Shown: positions 50,330-63,330 of the stretch, piece after piece
Layout: each line of letters starts with the position of its first letter
Position numbering within the stretch: position 1 is the first letter of the stretch
Assembly: GCA_038087875.1 (NCBI GenBank)
Contig: CM075998.1
Location: forward strand, 3,288,001-3,352,000
Length of the DNA: 64,000 nt
Source of the DNA: Malacoraja senta
Taxonomy: Eukaryota
Reading direction: 5' to 3'
The notes under the pieces: generated by a model
The model's database searches: none
The model's input: only the letters and a program-made list of their open reading frames with translations
What the model was told of the DNA's origin: nothing
Translations under genes and position numbers: made by a program

Positions 50330-51074
50330 CTTCGATTTTCCAGCATCTGCAGTTCCTTCTTTAACACAAGAGTCAAAGAGTGTTTATTGTCCTGTGTCCC
50401 ACATAAGAACAATGAAATTCTTACTTGCTGCAGCACAACAGAATATGTGAACATAGTACACTGTAAACAAGATGATAAACGACAGAGAAAAAAAAGTTCA
50501 GTGTGTATATCTACACTTACCCATTTGGTCTCCTAATTTGAGGAAGGACATCCTTGTGATTGAGGCAGTGCAGCGTAGGTTCGCGAGATTGATCCCTGGG
50601 ATGGCGGGACTGTCATATGAGGAAAGATTGAAAAGACTAGGCTTGTATCCACTGGAGTTTAGAAGGATGAGGGGGGATCTTATAGAAACATATAAAATCA
50701 TAAAAGGACTGGACAAGCTAGATGCAGGAAAAATGTTCCCAATGTTGGGCGAGTCCAGAACCAGGGGCCACACAGTCTTAGAATAAAGGGGAGGTCATTT
50801 GAGACTGAGGTGAGAAAAAAACTTTTTCACCCAGAGAGTTGTGAATTTGTGGAATTCCCTGCCACAGAGGGCAGTGGAGGCCAAGTCACTGGATGGATTT
50901 AAGAGAGAGTTAGATAGAGCTCTAGGGGCTAGTGGAATCAAGGGATATGGGGAGAAGGCAGGCACGGGTTATTGATAGGGGACGATCAGCCATGATCACA
51001 ATGAATGGCGGTGCTGGCTCGAAGGGCCGAATGGCCACCTCCTGCACCTATTTTCTATGTTTCTATGTTTCTAT

Positions 51075-51520
51075 GATAAAAAAATACATCTGTTGATGCT
51101 CCTGAACACATCATCAGTGATGTAACCTGGGATCATTGGGTGTTTCGGGTCTTTCAACATCAGACACCCTCACCCAGGCGACCCAGCCGTGGTGGATCAG
51201 ACCACGACTTGTGTTCATGTGGCATTCGCTCCTCCCCATGGACCTCCTCTCCTGATCCAGAGCCATCTCGAGGCCTTCTCCGCTGCCTCTGTGGTGTTCT
51301 TGATGGCTCTTCTCCTCGCCACTCCGTTGATGCCCAGTGCACTCAAGGCTTTGTAGAGCGATTGCCCTGCAAAACCTCTGCAGCCAACCTCGATGGGCAT
51401 ACACCTTGCCTTCCAGCCCTGCATACGGCAGTCTATGACCAGCTCTTCGTACTTGGCCATCTTCCTCTCATGGGCCTCCTCCAGACGGTCCTCCCACGGC
51501 ACTGTCAGTTCCAGAGAAAC
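51075..51520 (-). mobile_element. 3' fragment of a Hero/R2-like non-LTR retrotransposon (restriction-like endonuclease C-terminus plus structured 3' UTR)
   Basis: ELTVPWEDRLEEAHERKMAKY...GWKARCMPIEVGCRGFAG...ASRWLWIRR is a typical RLE-domain C-terminus; stop at 51215-51217. Confidence 0.8.
51111..51184 (-). ncRNA. Candidate permuted hammerhead ribozyme with kink-turn in Hero-like 3' UTR (copy 1)
   Basis: GGGUC g CCUGGG U GA GGGUGU C UGAUGU ugaaa GACCC GAA ACACCC AAU GA U CCCAGG uu ACAUCA CUGAUGA: all core nucleotides present and four perfectly paired helices. Confidence 0.6.
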
Positions 51521-51559
51521 CACAGAGCAAAAAAAGTTCACTGTGTACACTTACCCACA

Positions 51560-52240
<681 letters not shown>

Positions 52241-52502
52241 AACATTGAAAATAGGTGCAAGAGTAGGCCATTCAATATGATCATGGCTGATCATCCAACT
52301 CAGTATCCCGTACCTGCCTTCTCTCCATACCCCCTGATCCCTTTAGCCACAAGGGCCACATCTAACTCCCTCTTAAATATAGCCAATGAACTGGCCTCAA
52401 CTAACTTCTGTGGCAGAGAGTTCCACAGATTCACCACTCTATGTGTGAAAAATGTTTTTCTCATCTCGGTCCTAAAAGACTTCCCTCTTATCCTTAAACT
52501 GT

Positions 52503-52650
52503 GACTATTATTCTTATTAGTATTATTATTCTTATTATTAGTATTAGTATTAGTATTTTTTAGTGTGTGTATATATATATATACACACACTAAAAAATAC
52601 TAATACTAATACTAATAATAATAATAATAATACTAATAAGAATAATAGTC
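52503..52650. repeat. 148-nt AT-rich near-perfect palindrome centred on (TA)n
   Basis: The left arm equals the reverse complement of the right arm except for one mismatch. Confidence 0.92.
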
Positions 52651-55600
52651 TATTGAAGTTATTTGAGGTTGTAGTGTTTAGTAGCCCGATGGCTGGAGGG
52701 AAGAAGCTGTTAAAATTAACTGCCTGCCTCTAACCTGAGGAGAAATTCCCTGCAAACCCCATCCCCACGCCCGGTTGATAAGTCGTGTCTCCTCCATTTC
52801 CTTTTCCGCTGTTTCACGAGAATCCCTTGGCGGAGTTGGCCTGCCGCTGGTCCCCGCCACTGACCCACGCCCTTGGCGGAGTTGGCGGCTTCTCCCCTCG
52901 ATTCCAGGGTTTGGAGGCGCAACCGTCTGCTGAGCCAACCTGGGAATGACGCGGCAAGAAAGGCCCACGACTGTATCCCGTAAAATTTAGGGCAGGCGGC
53001 ACGGTGGCGCAGCGGTAGAGTTGCTGCCTCACAGCGCCGGAGACCCGGGTTCCATCCCGACTACGGGCGCTGTCTGTACGGAGTTTGTACCTTCTCCCTG
53101 TGACCTGCGTGGGTTTTCTCCGGGTGCTCCGGTTGCCTCCCACACTCCAAAGGCGTGCAGGTCTGTCGGTGTCGGAAGGAACCGCAGATGCTGGTTTAAA
53201 CCGTAGATAGACACAAAAAGCTGGGACAGGCTGCATCTCTGGAGGTTTGTACGTTAATTGGCTTGGTGTAGATGTATAAATGTAAAATTGTCCCTGGTGT
53301 GTGTAGGATAGTGTTAGTGTGATCGCTGGTCGGTACAGAATCGGTGGGCTGAAGGGCCTGTTTCCGCGCTGTATCTCGAAACTAAACGAAACTAAACTTG
53401 TCGGAAGGAACTGCAGATGCTGGTTTAAACCGAAGATAGACACGAAAAGCTGGAGTAACTTAGCGGGTCAGGCTAAGTTACTAAGGTCTGGAGAGAAGGA
53501 ATGGGTGGCGTTTCGGGTCGAGACCCTACAGCAGATATCAGACCTTTATCTGTCGGCCCGTATCTTTACTCGAGCCCCCCCGCGGGCCTCCACCAGCGAC
53601 CCCTCCGACCATCGCCTCTCCACCGCTCACCAGCGGGCCGGAGCCATCATCTCACCTGAGCTCCGGGCCCGCAGCCTCCACAATGCAGATTCCCACACCA
53701 CATGGCCTGACTCTCCTTCAGCCTACTGCTCTCTTCCCTCCTACAGGGAAATAAAGGCCTGATGGGAAGTCAAGTCAAGTCATGTCAATTTTATTTCTAT
53801 AGCACATTTAAAAACAACTCTCGTTGACCAAAGTGCTTTACATCAGTGCAGGTACTAACATGCTACATACAGTGGTACATAGATCTAACAATACATACAT
53901 GAATACATACATACAGCGCTCCCTCAGAGGACCTCAAGAAAGGCTTGAAGTTTTAAGTCTAGACTTAAAGGAGTCGATGGAGGGGGCAGTTCTGATGAGG
54001 AAGGGGGATGCTGTTCCACAGTCTAGGGGCTGCAACTGCAAAAGCGCGGTCACCCCTGAGCTTAAACCTGGACAGTGGGATTGTCAGTAGCCCCAAGTTG
54101 GCCGACCTGAGGGACCTGGAGGTAGAATGGTGGGTTAGCAGATTTTGGATGTAGGTGGGGGCGAGCCCGTTAAGGGCTTCGTATACATAAAGGAGGAGCT
54201 TGAAATTGATTCGGAAGGGTCTTGACCCGAAGCCTAACCAGTTCCTTTTCTCCAGAGATCCAGCATTTTGATGAGTTACTCACTGCAGCATTTTGTGTCC
54301 ATCTTCTTAAAACTCAACTCAGCGGCTTTGCAGTGTGCCGTGCCGTGCTACGGATCTGAAATAGATTGATGGATTTATGACATGTGGATCCAAGCCCTTC
54401 AGTCCAACTCATCCTTTCCAACCCAGATGTCTGTCTCGTTTGCCTGCATTTGGCCCATTTCCCTGGAAAATTCTCGTCCAAGTGTATTTTAAACGTTGTA
54501 ACTGTACCTGCGTCTACAATTTCCTCTGGCAGCTCGTTCCATATACCCACCACCCTCCGCGTGAAAACGTTGCCCCTCAGCCACTCTTAAGTGCTTTCCC
54601 TCTCGCCTTAAACCTATGCCCTCAAGTCTTGGATTGCCTGACCTGGGGGAAAGAAACGACTGTGACCATCCCATGTCTTGCTGCCCTTGTGATTTTATAG
54701 ACGTCTATAAGGTCACGCCTCAGCCCCTTGAGCTCCAGGGAAAACAATACCAGAATATCCAGTCTCTCCATATAACTCAAGCTGTTCAATACAACGCCAT
54801 CCTTGGACACAAAGAGTTGCAGTAACTCAGCTTCTCTGGAGAACATGGATGGGTGGCCCTTCTCCTCATCAGGTGGCACCGTGAGCGGCAGCCTCGCCAG
54901 CAGCCCGTCTGTCCTTTCGACTTTTTTTGTTATTTGTAGTGTGTCTAAATGTATGATTTCTCGGTATGTTTTATGTGGGGGGTTGGGGGAGGGGGGGGGG
55001 GGGGACAGGCGGAAACCGTTTTCAGTCACTTACCTCGACGGAGATAGAAACATAGAAAACAGGTGCAGCAGGAGGCCATTCGGCCCTTCGAGCCAGCACC
55101 ACCATTCATTGTGATCATGGCTGATCATCCCCAATCAATAACCCGTGCCTGCCTTCTCCCCATATCCCCTGATTCCACCAGCCCCTAGAGCTCTATCTAA
55201 CTCTCTCTTAAATCCATCCAGTGACTTGGCCTCCACTGCCCTCTGTGGCAGGGAATTCCACAAATTCACCACTCTCTGATTGAAAACGTTTTTTCTCACC
55301 TCAGTCTTAAATGGTCTCCCCTTTATTCTAAGACTGTGTGGCCCCTGGTTCTGGACTCGCCCAACATTGGGAACATTTTTCCTGCATCTAGCTTGTCCAG
55401 TCCTTTTATAATTTTATATGTTTCTATAAGATCCCCACTCATCCTTCTAAACTCCAGTGAATACAAGCCTAGTCTTTTCAATCTTTCCTCATATGACAGT
55501 CCCGCCATCCCAGGGATCACTCTTGTGAACCTATGCGACTTTTCTCCTTGTTGCATCTTCGCCCCCCCCCCCCCCTCGCAGCCTAACAACAGGTTCGGTG

Positions 55601-58600
55601 CGGCCTCTCCAGACCGGAGACCAGCCCAGAGCTTCAGCGGCAGGCGCGGCGAGGACTTACCATCGCGGAGCCCGGGATCCCTTGTCGGGGATCGCCAGAA
55701 GAAGTCCTTCCGACCGCTGGCCCGTGGCCTTTAACATCGTAAAGCCGCGGTCTCCGGTAAGAAGCGGTCGATTCGGGAACTCCAAGTGTGTTCTGATCCG
55801 TCCCGACGTCGGAGTTCCGATCATCCCGGTGAGAGGGCTTGCATATTAACCTTATACAAGGTTAATTCCCGCCATCCTGGGAATTAACCTTGTAAACTGA
55901 CACTGCACTCCCTCAATAGCAAGAATGTCCTTCCTCAAATTAGGGGACCAAAACTGCACACAATACTCCAGGTGTGGTCTCACTAGGGCTCTGTACAACT
56001 GCAGAAGGACCTCTTTGCTCCTATATTCAACTCCTCCAAGGTCTATTTGAAGTTAGAGAAGTCAATGTTCATACCGCTGGGGTGGAAGCTGCTCAAGCCA
56101 AATATGAGACGCTGTTCCTCCAATTTGCGCTGGGCCTCACTCTGACAGTGGAGGAGGCCCAGGACAGAAAGGTCAATGTGGGAATGGGAAGGGAGTTAAA
56201 GTGTTTGGCAGCCGGGAGATCGCGTAGGCCAAGGCGGACTGAGCGGAGGTGTTTGAGCGAAACGATCGCTGGGCCTCGCCGATGTACAGGAGCCCACCTC
56301 CGGAACAGCGGGTGCATCAGTGGACGAGGGTTGGAGGAGGTGCAAGCGAAACCTCGGCCTCACCTGCAAGGAAGGGGACGGCCGGGGTTGCACTCCCTCG
56401 CTGCCAGGCTTGGACGTAGGAGGGGGACACACAGAGTGCTTGATGGGAGGAAAAAAAACAGCATCACATTCCTCATCAATCACTAATAATTACAGCACTG
56501 TGATTAGAACTCAAGAATGGGCGCATTCATATGTACCACTCAGACCTCAGCTCCCGATTAGGATCTCGGGAGACGACGTGCAAGCCAAGCATGAACCATT
56601 CGACTATTATCGCTGATAAAGGTTCTCCATGACATTATCTAACTTGTTGCCATTTTGCGAAGTAACGGAATCTGCCCCTTACAACGCACTCTGAAATCAA
56701 CTTGGGCCGGACGATATGTGCTGGACAATAGTCCCATTGAGTGAGGGGGAACAGCCATGTAAAGGTTTTAGAGGACGGAGAAGAATAGCGGTTCTGTATG
56801 GAGTTGTATAATTTATTTCCATTGCATTACAATGTACAATAGGATAATGGGAAGAAATGCGTATGGAACGCTCCAAAGGAAACCCCTTACAATGTCCAGC
56901 ATAATCAGATTCTCTTCATTGTGTGGGCTAAAGTTGGGAGGACACAAAAGCTCGTGTACATAATTGCAAATGATCGCGGACAGATTACACGGACATTTAT
57001 CTTCTTGACTGTGCTGCATTTTCCATAACGCTTCTGTTTTTCCAGTAGTTTTAGTTTAGAGATACAGCGCGGAAACAGGCCCTTCGGCCCCACCGACTAG
57101 CCATCCCCACGCACGCTAACACAATCCTACGCGCTCTTTAGGGGCAATTTGACATTTTCTACTGAGCCCATTAAGCTACAAACCTGCACGTCTTTGGAGT
57201 GTGGGAGGAAACCGGAGCACCCGGGGGAAACCCACGCGGGTCACAGGGAGAAGGTGCAAACTCCGTACAGACGGCACCTGGTGTCAGGATGGAACCCGGG
57301 TCTCCGGTGCTGTGAGGCAGCAACTCTACCGCTGCACCATCGTGCCGCCCAGATGCTGGTACTAATCCACCGCATTCCTCTGACAACGCCTCGAACACCA
57401 TCCCTGGGAGATTTCCTTCCCATCCCTCCTGACGGGTGACTCCACTTATCCAGGGAACGAGTGGCCTCACAAACCAACCTCCCTTCCATCGACTCCGTCT
57501 ACACCTCACGCTGCCTCGGCAAGGCCAGCAGCATCATCAAGGACCAGTCTCAACCCCGGCCACTCCCTCTTCTCCCCTCTCCCATCGGGCAAGTGGTACA
57601 GAAGTGTGAAAACGCACACACACCTCCAGATTCAGGGACAGTTTCTTCCCAGCTGTTATCAGGCAACTGAACCATCCTACCACAACCAGAGAGCAGTGCT
57701 GAACTACTATCTACCTCATCGGTGACCCTTGGACTATCCTTGATCGGACTTTACTGGCTTTACCTTGCACTAAACGTTATTCCCTTACCCTTTAACATCG
57801 GGAGAAGAATGAAAAACAGGGGAGAGACAATGACTTTACCTTCCATCACAGTGAGGAGGAGATTCACTGTGATGGATGTTTGTGTAAATTGTGTTAATTG
57901 TGTGTCTTGTTTTTTTTTTCTTGTTGTATGACTGCAGAAACCAAATTTCGTTTGAACTTCATTTGAGATTCAAATGACAATAAACGGTATTGTATTGTAT
58001 TGTATGTATCTGTACACTGCGAATGGACACTGCCTTCTCCCCATATCCCCTGACTCCACTATCCTTAAGAGCCCTATCTAGCTCTCACTTGAAAGCATCC
58101 AGAGAACCTGCTTCCACCGCCCTCTGTGGCAGAGAATTCCACAGACTCACAACTCTCTGGGTGAAAAGTGTTTCCTCGTCTCCGTTTTAAATGGCTTACT
58201 CCTTATTCTTAAACTGTGGCCCCTGGTTCTGGACTCCCCCAACATCGGGAACATGTTTCCTGCCTCTAGCGTGTCCAAGCCCTTAACAATGTTATATGTT
58301 TCAATAAGATTCCCTCTCATCCTTCTAAACTCCAAAGTGTACAAGCCTAGCCGCTCCATTCTCTCAGCATATGACAGTCCCGCCATCCCGGGAATTAACC
58401 TTGTAAACCTACGCTGCACTCCCTCAATAGCAAGAATGTCCTACCTCAAATTAGGGGACCAAAACTGCACATAATACTCCAGGTGTGGTCACCCTGTACA
58501 ACTGCAGAAGGACCTCTTTGCTCCTATACTTGACTCCTCTTGTATTGAAGGCCAACATGCCATTCGCTTTCTTCACTGCCTGCTGTACCTGCATGCTTAC

Positions 58601-60276
58601 TTTCATAGACTGATGAAAGGTTTAGAGGGATATGGGCCAAATGCAGGCATGTGGGACTATTGCAGATGGGACATGTTGGTCGGCGTAGACAAGTTGGGCT
58701 GAAGGGCCTGTTTCCACGCTGTATCACTCAATAACCATATAACCATAACAGCACGGAAACAGGCCATCTCGGCCCTTCAAGTCCGTGCAGAACAATGACT
58801 ATGACTTTACGAATACAAATATACTGAGGAATTTAAGCCATCATGACCCAGAGGTTTTGCCTCTATGTCAGGATGACCAAGCAGAGATGATAAAGAGAAC
58901 CTTGCAAGCATTGCCAACATTGCAAGAACAAGTTACAAAAGAATTCACATTCTTTTTTCAAAAAGTAACTTTTTCGTTGATTTTCATGGATCCATCTTTG
59001 CACTGATGAGAAATTCTGTTATTAGGTTCAGGTTTATTATTGTGACATGTTTGGTTTAGTTCAGAGATACAGTGTGGAAATGAGGCCCTTCGGCCCACCG
59101 AGTCCATGCCAACCAGTGATCACCCATACACTTGTTCTATCCTTCACACTAGGTACAAGCTTTATTTTGCATGCTATCGAATCAGATCAGATAAACGTAA
59201 TCCAGTTAAAGGTAGACAAAAGTGCTGGAGAAACTCAGCGGGTGCAGCAGCATCTATGGAGCGAAGGAAATAGGCAACGTTTCGGGACGAAACCCTTCTT
59301 CAGACTCAGAATCCAGTTAAACTCAGGTCCAATAGGCAGAGCAAAGGGGAAGATACAGAGTGCAGAATCTAGAACTCAGCATTGTAGCGCATCAGTTCCA
59401 GAGACAACGTCCAATGTCCGCAATGGGGGAGAGGCGAATCGGACAGTACCCTAGCAAAGTCAAAGTCAATTTTATTCGTCACATCCACCCGAAGGTGCAG
59501 TGAAATGAATTTGCCAGCAGCGATACACTTAAAAACACACAATACACAATAACATTTAACACAAACACCACCACAGTATTCTTCACTGTGCTGGAAGGCA
59601 ACAAGGTTGAGCCAGTCCTCCTCCTTGTTCACCCGTGGTCGGGGCCATGAACCAAATAGGTTATGGAAGGTCCATTCAGAAGCCTGATTAACCATATAAC
59701 CATATAACCATAACAGCACGGAAACAGGCCATCTCGGCCCTTCAAGTCCGTGCCGAACATTTTTTTTTATTTTTTTTTTTTAATTAAAAATAAATACTTC
59801 CTCCTAGTCCCATCTACCTGCACTCAGACCATAACCCTCCATTCCTTTCCCGTCCATATACCCATCCAATCTATTTTTAAAGGATAACATCGAACCTGCC
59901 TCCACCACTTCCACTGGAAGCTCATTCCACACAGCTACCACTCTCTGAGTAAAGAAGTTCCCCCTCATGTTCCCCCTAAACTTCTGTCCCTTAATTCTCA
60001 AGTCATGTCCCCTTGTTTGAATCTTCCCTACTCTCAATGGGAAAAGCTTATCCACGTCCACTCTGTCTAACCCGCTCATCATTTTAAAGACCTCTATCAA
60101 GTCCTCTCTTAACCTTCTGCGCTCCAAAGAATAAAGACCTAACTTGTTCAACCTTTCTCTGTTACAGAGGGGAGGGAGATAGACACAAAATGCTGGAGTA
60201 ACTCAGCGGGTCAGGCAGCATCTCTGGAGAGAAGGAACAGGCGATGTTTCGGGTCGAGACCCTTCGAGAAGGAACA

Positions 60277-60310
60277 GGTGACGTTTCGGGTCGAGACCCT
60301 TCTTCAGACA
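60277..60310 (-). ncRNA. Minimal hammerhead-like motif of a Penelope terminal repeat (best-preserved copy)
   Basis: gU CUGAAGA A GGGUC uc GACCC GAAAC GUC ac. Related copies at about 781-812(-), 1681-1712(-), 5291-5322(-), 6146-6175(+), 19778-19806(+), 59274-59305(-) and 61334-61365(+). Confidence 0.6.
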
Positions 60311-62154
60311 CGCTTCTGTACCTTCTTCCGGAAGGGAGCGGGGAGAAGAAGGAACGACCGGGGGTGGGGCAAGGGGACAAGTCTCTGATTGTGTCGGCTG
60401 CTTTTCCCAAGGCAGCGTGAAGTGTAGACGGGAGTCGATGGTGGGGGAGTGTGGTCTGTGTGATGGACCGGGGCTACATCCACGACTCTCTGAAATGTCT
60501 TGCCATCTCGGGCAGAGCTGTTCCCAAACCGTGCTGTGATGCAAGCCAACATTATGGTTTGTATGGTGCATCTGTTAAATGCCTTGGGAATAATTCTGGA
60601 GAGATTTGTGTCATCTGCAGGGTCAACATAAAGGGACATTAGCATTGAAAGGCGATCGGAATCTCGAGTGTTGAACTGTCGTGAGTTGGACTTTCCAATC
60701 GGTCTTCTGTGCTAATGACGCATACATTTGATGAAGTTGAATCATTTTGAAGGCTGCAGACAATGCACATATTTGAAATAATACAGCACTGCCCTGGAAA
60801 CGTTGACGAGCTCCTCAATATTTTTGCCAAGAGCCCACAGAGAAAATGGCTTTCTCTGCCGCAGCTCTGCATAGTGAATATTGCTTTTGTTCACCACATT
60901 TCAGAAACCAGATGGAGAGGCGGATGCGTTGCCATAGAGACTTCCAACTATGTTCCTCGATGAAAGCCATCTTTCCACCCCCCCCCCCCCAACCCCCGCC
61001 CTCAAATTAGATTCGAGCAACCCGGCGTGAGGGGGCCAAGAACATAGAAGGACCCCAATTGTGGAGGGGCCACCGAGATCATAGAGGGGCCTGGCCTGCA
61101 GGGGGCTGCTGGGAACAAAAGGGGGATCTTGGGGGGGGAGGGGGCACCAAATGAAGAGGGACACAGTGAGGGGGGAGGGGAGGGGGGGTACACATGACAG
61201 TAAAGTATCATTGAATTGAATTGGATCATTGAATTGTGATGGTGTCACACAATACATCCCAGCCTGTCCTTGTCGACCACAATGCCCCATTTGTCCCGCC
61301 CGCCCCTTTCCCCCTCTCAACCTGCCCAAATGTCTGAAGAAGGGTCTCGACCCGAAAAACGTCGCCCATTCCTTCTCCCCAGAGACGCTGCCTGTCCCGC
61401 TGAGTTACTCCAGCGCTTTGTGTCTATCTTGGGTGTAAAACTAGCAGCATCCGCAGTTCCCTTCCTGGGGTGAAGGGAAAGAGCGTTCACGTCGCGGCAA
61501 CTGTTCCCACCCATCTTCCCACCACCACGCACAAGAAGCGACAAGACAGACACCATGCCGCCTCGCCCGCTGAGTTTCCCCAGCCTTTTCGTCGACCTTC
61601 GGATTTTTCCAGCATCTGCAGTTCTTTCATTAAACAGACAGACGCGTGTTCAGCTCTGGCGGAACAACTTCTCATCTTGTGTGCGGACTCGAGAAGAAGA
61701 AGAAGTTCCTTCCCACACAGCAGTTGAGAGGGAATGTTTGACCCTGGGGTCTTCTTGCTCCCCATGCAACGCTGCGCTGTACCATCGTACGCCAGTCAAC
61801 GCAATAATATGCCAAAGATTTCATTTCCTCTCTCTCTCTGTGCATTGAATGCCTGGAATCCTGCTGAAGAAATGAGATGCAATTACTAACTCTTCAGACG
61901 TCCACTGAAGAGGCTGGTTGAACCTGATTGCAGGGGCATGATGTATTTTGTGCAACCACAGAGTGCTGGAAATGATTGTCCCAGGCGTGCAAATGCTGCT
62001 TCAATTATTATTAACATTAAGAGCTTAAAAGGCTAATCACAACACATTTTAGAGCCCACAGGATCTAATTTCACTTCCTGCCTTTGACGCAAGCATTGCT
62101 TTAAAGCACTTACCTGCAGAGCAAACAATTATGTGTCAACTTGGTAACGCCACC

Positions 62155-63330
62155 CTCAAAGGTACATAGCATGCCTCTTCAATCTAAAACTCAGGTCACC
62201 AATCATGCACACAGCAAGAAATAATGTACTTCCAGCAAATATACAAAAACTGTTTAGGGTGGGTATAATTTGAGAGGGGAACATCATTTCAAAAAACTCA
62301 ATGTCACAACAACTCTTAAAAGTATGTGCATTGCAATCTGTGGGGTGAATTTGTGGAATGGTCTGGAACAGGAGATAAAACTTAGCACAAACAAAGTTCA
62401 GTTTAAAAAGATGTACAAAAACACATTTTTTAAAGGATATTGGGATGAGGATAGGTGATTGTGTGGGATATTTGTTATACTGATTGTATTGGGAAGGGTG
62501 ATTATTGGGTGATGGGTTGTATATATGACTAAGACATACTGTATAGTATATGAGGGTCTTTTCTTTTCTTTTTTCTTTTTTTCTCACTATTTTTTGTATG
62601 GCTTTGTAAATATTTGATTAGTGTATCAATGTAAATAATTTGGTGTACATGTAGCTGCTGGTGTACATATGGTGTACATGTAGCTGCTGGTGTACATATG
62701 GTGTACATGTAGGAAGGAATTCTGTCCCTGATTTATGTATTGGTCTTTATAACCTATTTTTTTAAAATTCTGATTATATGTTTTCTATAAATCTCTGTAT
62801 GGTGTCCTTGAGACCTCGGTATAAGGCGCCCGTAAATAAAATCCATTATTATTATTATGTAGCTGCTGGTGTACATATGGTGTACATGTAGCTGCTGGTG
62901 TACATATGGTGTACATAGAGCTGCTGGTGTACATATGGTGTACATGTAGCTGCTGGTGTACATATGGTGTACATGTAGCTGCTGGTGTACATATGGTGTA
63001 CATAGAGCTGCTGGTGTACATATGGTGTACATGTAGCTGCTGGTGTACATATGGTGTACATGTAGCTGCTGGTGTACATATGGTGTACATAGAGCTGCTA
63101 AATTTGTATAAGACAATTATAAGCAGTTGAATAAGGGGTGGGAATTAATAAGCTTTGGCTTCTACCTGCTCCTTTTCGGACTCATACGATTTCATTTATT
63201 TATAGATATTGTTTATGACACTTTATAAATATTCTTGTTTTGGGGTTTTTTGTTTCACACTTGCTTTTTATTCTTTTATTCTGTTTCGAAATAAAGAATC
63301 AAAATAAAATAAATAAAAATAAAATAAAAA
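62155..63330 (+). mobile_element. LINE 3' end (L2/CR1-group) with an (AAAAT)n tail
   Basis: RGEHHFKKLNVTTTLKSMCIAICGVNLWNGLEQEIK...FKKMYK; tail at about 63300-63330. Confidence 0.55.
62858..63098 (+). repeat. 29-nt minisatellite (CATGTAGCTGCTGGTGTACATATGGTGTA), about 8 copies, plus about 2.5 copies at 62640-62711
   Basis: Direct tandem repeat. Confidence 0.93.
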
